A stretch of 61,066 nucleotides of DNA from Elusimicrobiota bacterium. Its GTDB lineage: Bacteria; Elusimicrobiota; Elusimicrobia; Elusimicrobiales; UBA9959. Positions 9,122 through 17,458 of the stretch are shown in pieces. Numbering within the stretch: position 1 is the first letter of the stretch; each line of letters opens with the position of its first letter. The position numbers were made by a program, and so were the translations under genes. The stretch covers positions 1-61,066 of the forward strand of contig DAIENX010000104.1 of the NCBI GenBank assembly GCA_027340875.1, written 5' to 3'. The notes under the pieces are model-generated. The model saw only the letters and a program-made list of their open reading frames with translations. It was not told the DNA's origin and did not search any database.

Positions 9122-11695
9122 ATGAACAAGACCGCCGCCCTGCTGCTGCTCCTCGCCCTGCCCGCCGCGGCTTCCGCCGCGCCGTACGGCGCGGGCTTCT
9201 ACGACACCTCCGAATACCTGATGGGCAAGGTGGCGGTCAACGTCGTTTTCGTGCAGTGCGCCAGCGGCGGGCCGGATACCTGCACCGAGACCAACGGCTG
9301 GACCCTGACAAAGAGGAACCAGGTAATGAACGGCGTGCAGAACGCCATGGCCTGGTGGGCGGCCAGGAACTCCGCGGCGCACCTCAGCTTCGTCTACGAC
9401 AATACTACGGTCACTACCGGGTATGAGCCGATCTCCCGTCCCAGTACCGACGAGGGGCTTTGGGTAACGCAGGTGATGGGCACGCTCGGTTATTCCGAGG
9501 CCGACTACTTCGACCGGGTCACCCACTACGACAACGACAAGCGCGACGCCGCCGGCGCCGACTGGTCCTTCACTGTCTTCATGGTGGACAGCGAGAACGA
9601 CCTGGACGGCCAGTTCTCCGACAACGCCTTAGCCTACGCCTACATCGGCGGCCCGTTCATGATCATGACCTACGACAACGACGGTTACGGCATCGGCAAA
9701 CTGGCGCCGGTCGCGGCGCACGAGACCGGACACATCTTCTACGCGCTGGACGAATACGCCGCCTCCGCCTGCTTGACGACCGCGCATTCCGGCTACCTGA
9801 ACGGCTACAATACCAACTGCGAGAACGGCGGCGGCGTGGAGAACTGCATCATGAGGGGGGACACTCCCCCTTATGACTTCCCCGCGGTCTGCGGCGCCAC
9901 GCGGAAGATGCTGGGCTGGACCGACGCTAATGCCAACGGCGCGATAGACATCCTCGATCTGCCGCCTAATACGGCCCTTACCTCCTATTCCCCGGACCCG
10001 ACCAGCAACACCTCTCCGGCCTACAGCGGCCTGGCGGATTCCACCGCGGCCTACACCAACAGCAATACTTACGACTACTTCGGTCCCGGCCGCGCCGTGC
10101 ACAATATCTCGATAAACAAGATCGCCGCCGTGGAGTACAATGTCGACTCCGCCGGCTGGCAGGCGGCCACTCCAGCCGACGGCGCTTTCAACGGGAACAT
10201 AGAGCCGTTCACCTTCGCCGCCGCTTCGCTGGCCACCGGCGCACATACCGTACAGGCCAGGGCCCTCGATATCTTCGGCGCCTACGATCCCAGCCCGGCT
10301 TCCGACTCGCTCTACGTGGACGGCGGGCAGGCGCAGGACATCCCCTATGTCTACGACGGGACCGGGGTGGACACGGACTATATCAGGGTTTCCGGGGCGG
10401 CGTCGGCCAACTGGGGCGCCTCTTCACACTCCAGCGGCATCAACCGCTACGAGTACGCCATCGGCACTTCTCCGGGGGCTTTCGATGTGGTCGGCTGGAC
10501 CTCGACGGGGTCCAACCAGTACGTTACGAAGACGGGCCTCGGCCTTTCCGAAGGCGTGAACTACTACTTCTCGGTCCGCGCCTATCCCAATGCCGGGACC
10601 GTTTCCGGGACCAGTTCCTCCGACGGCTTCCAGGTGGACAAGACCAGCCCCACCGCCAAGGTGGCGCTCGTATCCGCTTCTCCCGCTCCGCTGGGCGCTT
10701 TTTCGGCCAGGCTGACCGTGACGGAGGCGAACGGCGTTTCCGGCACGCCGCGGCTGAGCTTCAGGACCTCGACGGGCCGGATAGTCCCGCTCACGCTGTC
10801 CTTCCTGGAGGGCTCCACCTGGACCGCGGCCGGCTACATAGAATCCTACTATTCCACCGGCACCGCCACGTTCCAGCTCTCGGTCTTCGACACGGCGGGC
10901 AACGAGGGCTCGGCGATAACGGCCGGCGGCGCGTTCCAGATCAACGGCGCCATAGCCGGCGCCTCCGGCGGTTCCGCCGTCAACGACGACGGAATGGGCG
11001 CCGTGCTGCCCGCGGGCGCCCACTCGGGTACGTACTTCGTCACGGTGGACACCGTGCCCGCCTCGGATCTGTCCTCCGCGGATTCCGCCTCCCCGGATTC
11101 CCGCAAGATATACTCCAGGGACCTGGCCAGGCGGTTCACGGCCCGCGACACCTCGGGGAACCCCATCACCGTATTCTCTTCCACTGTCACGATAAGGATG
11201 ACATACCCCGACGCGGACAACGACGGCCGGATCGATACGGACCTGATCAGGGAATCCACGGCCTGGATCTACTACCTGGACCCGTCCGCCGGCAAGTGGA
11301 CGCCGGTGGCCGCCGTGACGCGGGACGCCGCGGCCAACCTGCTTACCGCCGTGGTGCCGCATTTCTCCGTCTATTCTGTGCGCGCCGCCGGCGGCACCTA
11401 TCCGGATATAAGCGCGCTGAAGGCCTATCCTAACCCCTGCTATTTCCATTCCGCGCCGCTGCTGACGATAGAAGGCATCCCCGCCGACGCCGCCGGCGTC
11501 TCGGTGTACATATACAACGAGGCCGGGGAGCTGGTGCGCACCCTCACGCGGGGCGCCGGCATAGACGGCCTGAACGTCGCCTCCTGGGACGGCAAGGACT
11601 CCTCCGGAGGCAAGGCGGCCAGCGGACTTTATATTTACCTTGTGCGGACGTCGAACTACGGCAAAGGGACAGGGAAGGTGTTCACGATCTGGTGA
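9122..11695 (+). CDS. Secreted zinc metallopeptidase (metzincin-like) with Ig/FN3 domains and T9SS-like/FlgD-Ig C-terminal domain
   Basis: Signal peptide; AHETGHIFYALDEY zinc motif; CIM Met-turn; C-terminus AYPNP...IYNEAGELVR...WDGKD...ASGLYIY...KVFTIW. Confidence 0.85.
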   Translation: MNKTAALLLLLALPAAASAAPYGAGFYDTSEYLMGKVAVNVVFVQCASGGPDTCTETNGWTLTKRNQVMNGVQNAMAWWAARNSAAHLSFVYDNTTVTTGYEPISRPSTDEGLWVTQVMGTLGYSEADYFDRVTHYDNDKRDAAGADWSFTVFMVDSENDLDGQFSDNALAYAYIGGPFMIMTYDNDGYGIGKLAPVAAHETGHIFYALDEYAASACLTTAHSGYLNGYNTNCENGGGVENCIMRGDTPPYDFPAVCGATRKMLGWTDANANGAIDILDLPPNTALTSYSPDPTSNTSPAYSGLADSTAAYTNSNTYDYFGPGRAVHNISINKIAAVEYNVDSAGWQAATPADGAFNGNIEPFTFAAASLATGAHTVQARALDIFGAYDPSPASDSLYVDGGQAQDIPYVYDGTGVDTDYIRVSGAASANWGASSHSSGINRYEYAIGTSPGAFDVVGWTSTGSNQYVTKTGLGLSEGVNYYFSVRAYPNAGTVSGTSSSDGFQVDKTSPTAKVALVSASPAPLGAFSARLTVTEANGVSGTPRLSFRTSTGRIVPLTLSFLEGSTWTAAGYIESYYSTGTATFQLSVFDTAGNEGSAITAGGAFQINGAIAGASGGSAVNDDGMGAVLPAGAHSGTYFVTVDTVPASDLSSADSASPDSRKIYSRDLARRFTARDTSGNPITVFSSTVTIRMTYPDADNDGRIDTDLIRESTAWIYYLDPSAGKWTPVAAVTRDAAANLLTAVVPHFSVYSVRAAGGTYPDISALKAYPNPCYFHSAPLLTIEGIPADAAGVSVYIYNEAGELVRTLTRGAGIDGLNVASWDGKDSSGGKAASGLYIYLVRTSNYGKGTGKVFTIW

Positions 11696-11696
11696 T

Positions 11697-12737
11697 ATGA
11701 GACCAAGCGCTCTTGCGGCCATGCTCCTGCTGGTCCCCGCCGCGGTCTCCGCCGGCGGGGCGGGGGACGCTCTGCCCTTCCTGAAGATGGACGCCGGCTC
11801 GCAGTCCGCCGCCCTTTCCGGCTCCTATTCCGCCGCGGGCGACGACGCGCTCTGCGTCTTCTATAATCCGGCCGGCACCGCCCTGGTCCAGAAGAAGGAG
11901 GCGCTGCTTGGCCACAACGAGTGGCTGCAGGACATGCGCAACGAGATCCTGGCTTACGTCCATCCGCTGGGTCCCCGCTTCACCGCTTTCGCCGGCGCGA
12001 ACCTGCTGCTCGGCGGCAAGATGGCCCGTTACGACGCTGCCGGAGCGCAGTCCGGCTCCTTCTCGCCTCTGGAAGGCGCCGTCTCGGCCGGCGGCTCCGC
12101 CCGGCTGGGCCGGGGCTGGTACTTCGGCGCCGCGCTCAAGACCCTGTCGCAGCAGGCCGCCGGGGAAAAGGCCTCGGCCTGGGCCGGGGACGCCGGTCTG
12201 CTGAAGAAAGCCGGTGACTGGCGCATAGGCCTTGCCGCGGACAACTTCGGTTCTTCCATCAAGCTGGGCAGGGACAGGTTCGACCTGCCGCTGATGCTGA
12301 GGGGCGGGATCTCTTATACCTTCCTCGGCGACTATACGGCCGCCGCGGAATGGATACGCGCCGGGGGCTCCGACGACGCCGTCGCGGCGGGCGCGGAGGC
12401 GAGGCTGAAGACCGGACCGAAGGAGTATTTCTTCGTAAGGGCCGGCTACAAGAGCGGACGCAGCCGCAATGCCGGCCCCGGGTTCACGGCCGGCGCCGGC
12501 CTCGCGAACCGCGAGCTCCGTATAGACTACGCTTTCGTACCTTACGGGGACCTCGGCGACTCCCACAGGGTCACCGTGGCCTTCCGTTTCGGTGCCGCCC
12601 GTCCGGCGCCCTTCGACCGCGCCGCTTACTACGGCCTGCCGAAGCCTCGCAAGGTGGACGCCCCTCAGGAGAAGAAAGCCGGGAAGCAGGATACCGGGAA
12701 GGAAGGGAAGAAGGACGGGGGCTACTTCATGTGGTAG
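11697..12737 (+). CDS. PorV/PorQ-like outer-membrane beta-barrel (paralog 1)
   Basis: Start moved to ATG 11697; FLKMDAGSQSAALSG, FYNPAG, DYAFVPYGDLGDSHRV family motifs; charged C-terminal tail. Confidence 0.8.
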   Translation: MRPSALAAMLLLVPAAVSAGGAGDALPFLKMDAGSQSAALSGSYSAAGDDALCVFYNPAGTALVQKKEALLGHNEWLQDMRNEILAYVHPLGPRFTAFAGANLLLGGKMARYDAAGAQSGSFSPLEGAVSAGGSARLGRGWYFGAALKTLSQQAAGEKASAWAGDAGLLKKAGDWRIGLAADNFGSSIKLGRDRFDLPLMLRGGISYTFLGDYTAAAEWIRAGGSDDAVAAGAEARLKTGPKEYFFVRAGYKSGRSRNAGPGFTAGAGLANRELRIDYAFVPYGDLGDSHRVTVAFRFGAARPAPFDRAAYYGLPKPRKVDAPQEKKAGKQDTGKEGKKDGGYFMW

Positions 12738-13938
12738 CGGCGAGCAGCTGCAGCCACTGCGCGGCAACTCTGGACAATTCGAAATCCGACGCCCGCCTGA
12801 TGCCGTCCCCGGCGTAGACACGCAGGGCGGCGGGCGCCTGCAGCATCTCAGCCATTTTCCCCGACCAGACCAGTTCCTCGGGCTCGGCCGCGGCCTTGGC
12901 CGCTAGCCTGCGGCCCGAAAGCCTGGGCATCAGCACTCCAAACTCGGCGTTCTCCGGAGCGAGGGCTCTCGCGTCCGGCGCGGTGGACGGCGCCAGTATC
13001 TCGCGCGGTCCGGAGTCGCAGTCGGCGGATATCACCGGGGCTCCCGCGGCCATCGCCTCAAGCAGCGCGTTGGGGAAGCCCTCCCAGAGGGAGGTGAAGG
13101 CGAAGATCCTGGCACGGGCGGTGAAGGCGTGGGGATTCGGGCGGAAGCCGGCGAAATAGACGTCGGCGCCGGCGGGAGGCGCGCCGTGGCCCGCGAAACA
13201 GGAGAGGCCCAGGTCGCCGGCCAGGCCGATCAGGTACTTCTCCAGCTCTCCTTCCCCCAGGAACACCAGGGCGGCTCCTGGAACGGCCTTCCTGACCTCT
13301 CCGAAGATGCGCAGCAGATGCCAGTGCCCCTTGGCGGCGGTCAGGCGGCCGCCTGTGATTATCACGGACCTGGCGAACACCGCGTCCCAGCCCTCCGGCA
13401 GCGCCGCCGCCGCCTGCGCGGCGATGCCGGCCGTGTCGCAGCCGTTGTTGATCACGCGGACCTTCTCCTGCGGCACTCCGAAGTTGGCGCAGAGGTCGCG
13501 GCTAACGCCGCGGGAGTTGGCTACCACGATGTCCGCTTTCGGGTAGTTGCGCCGTATCAGCGGCCTCATCAGCGCGCCGCGCAGGCCGGAGAACTCTCCC
13601 GACGGGCTGGTACGCTCGCAGATGACGGCCCTGTGGCCTGAGCGGGCCGCCGCCATCACGTTGACGATGTTCGCGCGTTCCATGAAGGAGAGCACTGTGT
13701 CGCCGGGGCCGGTCATGGCGGCCAGGCGCCTGGCGTACGACGGGATGGCCGCCGTCTTCATCAGCGGGGAGGTGGACTCCTTGTGCGCGGAAAGTATGAC
13801 AGGGCGCTGCGGGACGGGCTGTGATACCTCGTCCTCGAGCAGCAGCAGCGAATCATGCGGGAGCAGCTTGGCCAGCGCGGCGAACTGTTTTTCGGCGCCG
13901 CCGCGGAAGAGGGAATTGATCAGCAGCTTCAGTCCCAT
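12727..13938 (-). CDS. GT4 glycosyltransferase, PglJ/WabH-like
   Basis: INSLFRGGAEK, YPKADIVVANSRG, GRLTAAKG, SLWEGFPNALLEAMA, DCDSGPREIL. Confidence 0.88.
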   Translation of the reverse strand: MGLKLLINSLFRGGAEKQFAALAKLLPHDSLLLLEDEVSQPVPQRPVILSAHKESTSPLMKTAAIPSYARRLAAMTGPGDTVLSFMERANIVNVMAAARSGHRAVICERTSPSGEFSGLRGALMRPLIRRNYPKADIVVANSRGVSRDLCANFGVPQEKVRVINNGCDTAGIAAQAAAALPEGWDAVFARSVIITGGRLTAAKGHWHLLRIFGEVRKAVPGAALVFLGEGELEKYLIGLAGDLGLSCFAGHGAPPAGADVYFAGFRPNPHAFTARARIFAFTSLWEGFPNALLEAMAAGAPVISADCDSGPREILAPSTAPDARALAPENAEFGVLMPRLSGRRLAAKAAAEPEELVWSGKMAEMLQAPAALRVYAGDGIRRASDFELSRVAAQWLQLLAATT

Positions 13939-13981
13939 CAGGCAATTCTAGAATATTTTCACTGCGGCGGGGGGAAAGAAG

Positions 13982-14005
13982 AAGGGCGGCGGAGCCGCCC
14001 TTTTT
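13982..14005. terminator. Intrinsic terminator downstream of nupC (possibly bidirectional)
   Basis: aagggcggc-gga-gccgccctt hairpin flanked by A-rich and T tracts. Confidence 0.65.
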
Positions 14006-14021
14006 CGCGTCGCAGGCGCGC

Positions 14022-15266
14022 TCAGAGCAGCATGCCGGCTATAGCGGCCGTCATGAAGCAGGCCAGCGACCCCGCCAGCACGGCGTAGAGGCCGAGCTTG
14101 GCCAGGTCGTGGCGCCTTTCAGGGGCGATGCCGCCTATGCCGCCTATCTGGATGGCTATGGAGAGGAAGTTGGAGAAGCCGCACAGCGCGTAGGAGGCTA
14201 TGACCACTGAGCGCTCGCTGAGGGCGCCCGGGTTGGCCTTCAGGTAGTTGGCCATGTTGAAGTAGGCGACGAACTCGTTGAGGACCGTTTTCTGGCCCAT
14301 CCAGTTGGCGACTTGCGCGACGTCGTGCGAGGGGACGCCCATGATCCAGGCCAGCGGCGCGAAGATCTTGCCGAAGATGAGTTCCAGCGTCAGCTGCGGG
14401 TAGTGGAAAAGGGCGCCTACGTGGCCGGTGATGAAGTTCGCCAGCGACAGCAGTGCCATGAAGGCTACCAGGCAGGCGGCCACGTTTATCGCCAGCTGCA
14501 TGCCGACCGTGGCGCCGTTGGCCGCCGCGTCTATAACGTTGGCGTCGGTGATCTCCAGTTGCAGCTTGACTATGCCCCTGGTCTCTGGTTCCTCGGTCTC
14601 CGGGACCAGCATCTTGGCCATCACCAGCGCGGCCGGGGCCGACATGATAGAGGCGGCCAGCAGGTGGCCGGCTATGTTGGGCAGATACCCCATCAGAATA
14701 CCGACATAAGCGGCCATCACGCCGCCGGCTATCGTGGCCATGCCGCCGGTCATGACGGCCATCAGTTCCGACCGGGTCATGCTGGCCACGTAGGGCCTTA
14801 CCACCAGCGGGGCCTCGGTCTGGCCGACGAAGATGTTAGCGCTGGCGGAAAGGGACTCTGCGCCGGAAGTTCCCATGAATTTGGCCATTATCTTGGCGAA
14901 GAACAGCACTATTTTCTGCATGACGCCGAGGTAGTACATCACGGCCATCAGCGAGGAGAAGAAGACGATAGTGGGCAGCACCTGGAACGCGAACAAGAAG
15001 CCAAGGGACTGGTTGTTGATCAGGCTGCCGAACAGGAACCTGGCGCCGTCGTCGGAGAAGGAGAGCAGCTTGATGATGACGTCGTTGAGGAACTGGAAGG
15101 CAATGCGGCCTGGAGGGAATTTAAGTATCAGCAGCGCGAAGCCCACCTGCAGCAGCGTGCCGGTGAGGACGGTCTTGTAGTTTATGGCCTTGCGGTTCTT
15201 GCTGAAGAGCCAGGCTATGCCCAGCAGCACGAAGATCCCGAAGAAGCTGATTATGCGCGGTGACAT
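14022..15266 (-). CDS. nupC: Concentrative nucleoside transporter (CNT/NupC family)
   Basis: FAFQVLPTIVFFS, NIFVGQTEAPL, GMATIAG, LNEFVAY, ALCGFSN. Confidence 0.93.
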   Translation of the reverse strand: MSPRIISFFGIFVLLGIAWLFSKNRKAINYKTVLTGTLLQVGFALLILKFPPGRIAFQFLNDVIIKLLSFSDDGARFLFGSLINNQSLGFLFAFQVLPTIVFFSSLMAVMYYLGVMQKIVLFFAKIMAKFMGTSGAESLSASANIFVGQTEAPLVVRPYVASMTRSELMAVMTGGMATIAGGVMAAYVGILMGYLPNIAGHLLAASIMSAPAALVMAKMLVPETEEPETRGIVKLQLEITDANVIDAAANGATVGMQLAINVAACLVAFMALLSLANFITGHVGALFHYPQLTLELIFGKIFAPLAWIMGVPSHDVAQVANWMGQKTVLNEFVAYFNMANYLKANPGALSERSVVIASYALCGFSNFLSIAIQIGGIGGIAPERRHDLAKLGLYAVLAGSLACFMTAAIAGMLL

Positions 15267-15313
15267 GCTTTCTCCTTACAGATGTTCAGACGATTGGAAC
15301 CATTATACATAAA

Positions 15314-15829
15314 TCAGTAGGCGCCCCTGACCTTGCCGGTGACGCCAGAAAGCGGGAGGAAGAGAGGCGGCCTGCCGGTAGCGGGGTCCTTCCAGGTGGC
15401 GGAGTCCCTGGACCTGTCTCGGTTGTCCCCGAGCAGGAACAGCGTGCCCTCCGGCACCTTCACCGGTCCCAGGTCGTCCCCGGCCAGCAGCTCGTCCGGG
15501 CGCTCGTAATGGGCGTAGCTTTCGTAGATATGCTCGCCGTTGACGTAGACAGCCTTTTCCCTTAGCTCGACGGTGTCGCCCCCGACAGCGATGACCCTCT
15601 TCACGGATTCGTGCTCCTCCCCGACAGGGGACCTGAACGAGATCACCTCGCCGCGGCGCGGCCCGCGGAAGCGATATGTGAGCCTGTCCACCACCAGGTG
15701 CTGTCCTTTGGAAAGGGTGGGGTACATCGAATCGCTCGCTATATAGATGGGCACGGCCACCCACTGCCGCACCGCCAGCATCGCGGCGGTGGTGATAACG
15801 ACTATGATCGTGGTCCTCAGCGGCTTCAT
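15314..15829 (-). CDS. lepB: Signal peptidase I
   Basis: SDSMYPTL (Ser), VKRVIAVGGD (Lys), LGDNRDRSRDS. Confidence 0.92.
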   Translation of the reverse strand: MKPLRTTIIVVITTAAMLAVRQWVAVPIYIASDSMYPTLSKGQHLVVDRLTYRFRGPRRGEVISFRSPVGEEHESVKRVIAVGGDTVELREKAVYVNGEHIYESYAHYERPDELLAGDDLGPVKVPEGTLFLLGDNRDRSRDSATWKDPATGRPPLFLPLSGVTGKVRGAY

Positions 15830-15832
15830 CTT

Positions 15833-17458
15833 TTACTTCGGCAGAGAGACCGGCATGCGGCCCTGGGGGGCGAGTTTGCCGGCCAGCGCCTCGCCCGCGG
15901 CGGCCATGGAGGGCGCCGTCATGCCGTAGAGGGCCAGCACCGCGTCCGCGCCGGGATAGGCCGGGATGTCGTACGGGTTCATCAGGCTGAGCAGGACCGA
16001 GGGCTTGCCGGAATTCAGCAGGATGTTCAGCGCGTCGCGCTGGCCGGCGTTCTGGTCGCCGGTCCACTGGAAGCTCCCCAGCACGAGCACGTCGGCCTTG
16101 GCCGCGGCGGCGGTGAGCTGGGACAGCTCTCCTGGCTTGAGGCCTATGCCGAAGAAGTACTGGCTGGCCTGGTAGCCGGCCGCCAGGAGCTCCCGGTAGA
16201 GGCTTATGGCGTTGGCGGCGAAGCGGGGAGGGGAGAAAATGATGATCGCTATCTTTTTGCCTCTGGGCAGCGGGACGAGGCCTCCGGCCCTCACCAGCGT
16301 GAGGGCTTTTCTCGAAAGGACGCCGGTGATGTCCAGGTAGGCCTTGTCGAAGGGCGACAGGTCCTCCGCCGGGGAGAAGAGGCCGGCGGCTCTCTTGGTC
16401 TCAAGGACGCGGCGGTACGCGTCGTCCAGCCTGGCCTGCGGTATGAGGCCGCTCCGCACCTGCCGGGCTATCTCGTCCGCGGCGGCGCGGTAGCTGCCCT
16501 TGCCTATCAGCAGCAGGTCCGCCCCGGCCTTAAGGGCCGCTGCCGCGGCCCTGTTCTCAGGCATCAGCGACGTTATGGCCCGCATGTCCAAGCTGTCGGT
16601 GACCACCAGCCCCTGATAGCCTAGGTCCTTCCTGAGCAGGCCGTCCAGCACGGCCGGCGAGAGGGTGGCCGGCGCGGAATCCAGCGCCGGGTAGCGGATA
16701 TGGGCCGTCATGATCGCGGGCGCTCCAAGGGCGATGGCGGCCTCGAAAGGCACAAGGTGCGAGGACCGCAGCTCGGCCGTGGAAAGGGAGATCTCGGGAA
16801 GGGTCTTGTGGGAGTCCTTGGCGGCGGCCCCGTGGCCGGGGAAGTGCTTCGCGACGGCTATGACGCCGGAAGCCTTGAAGCCGTTGATGATGGCGGAGCC
16901 CAGGCGGGAGGCAATGACGGGGTCCGATCCCAGGGAGCGGATGCCGATGATCGGGTTCTTCGGATTGGTATTGATGTCGAGGACGGGGCCGAAGGCCATG
17001 TTGATGCCGGCCCGCCGGAGCTCTTTGCCGGCCAGGTAGAAGAGGATGGCCGTATTGTTCTCATCGTCGGCCGCGCCGAGCATCATGTTGGTCGGCAGCT
17101 CAAGGAGGCCGAGCGTGGTGGGGACGTAGACGCTGCCGCCCTCGTAGTCGGCGGCTATGAAGAGCGGGGTGCCCGAAGCGGAGGATTTTGCCGCCTGCTG
17201 GAGGGCCGCGGTCACTCCCCGCGTCTCCTCGAGCGAGTAGGAGCCCCACTGCAGCTGTATGCCTCCTATGCCCGCCGCCGCCGCCTCCCTGGCGCCGGTT
17301 ATATCCGAGGCGTCGGAGGCCACTATCATCAGCTGGGCGGCCTTCTGCTCCAGCGTGGGCCCCTGCGCGTCCGCGGCGGAGAGCGGCGGCGCGGCGCAGA
17401 GCAGGGCGCCCGCGGCGAGCAGGACCTGCAGCAGTTCCGGTCGGAGTTCGCGTTTCAC
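15833..17458 (-). CDS. Secreted GH3 beta-N-acetylhexosaminidase (NagZ-like) with C-terminal domain
   Basis: ADYEGG, KHFPGHG...DSH Asp-His dyad, IMTAH, VTDSLDM nucleophile; GTG start overlaps upstream stop. Confidence 0.88.
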   Translation of the reverse strand: MKRELRPELLQVLLAAGALLCAAPPLSAADAQGPTLEQKAAQLMIVASDASDITGAREAAAAGIGGIQLQWGSYSLEETRGVTAALQQAAKSSASGTPLFIAADYEGGSVYVPTTLGLLELPTNMMLGAADDENNTAILFYLAGKELRRAGINMAFGPVLDINTNPKNPIIGIRSLGSDPVIASRLGSAIINGFKASGVIAVAKHFPGHGAAAKDSHKTLPEISLSTAELRSSHLVPFEAAIALGAPAIMTAHIRYPALDSAPATLSPAVLDGLLRKDLGYQGLVVTDSLDMRAITSLMPENRAAAAALKAGADLLLIGKGSYRAAADEIARQVRSGLIPQARLDDAYRRVLETKRAAGLFSPAEDLSPFDKAYLDITGVLSRKALTLVRAGGLVPLPRGKKIAIIIFSPPRFAANAISLYRELLAAGYQASQYFFGIGLKPGELSQLTAAAAKADVLVLGSFQWTGDQNAGQRDALNILLNSGKPSVLLSLMNPYDIPAYPGADAVLALYGMTAPSMAAAGEALAGKLAPQGRMPVSLPK

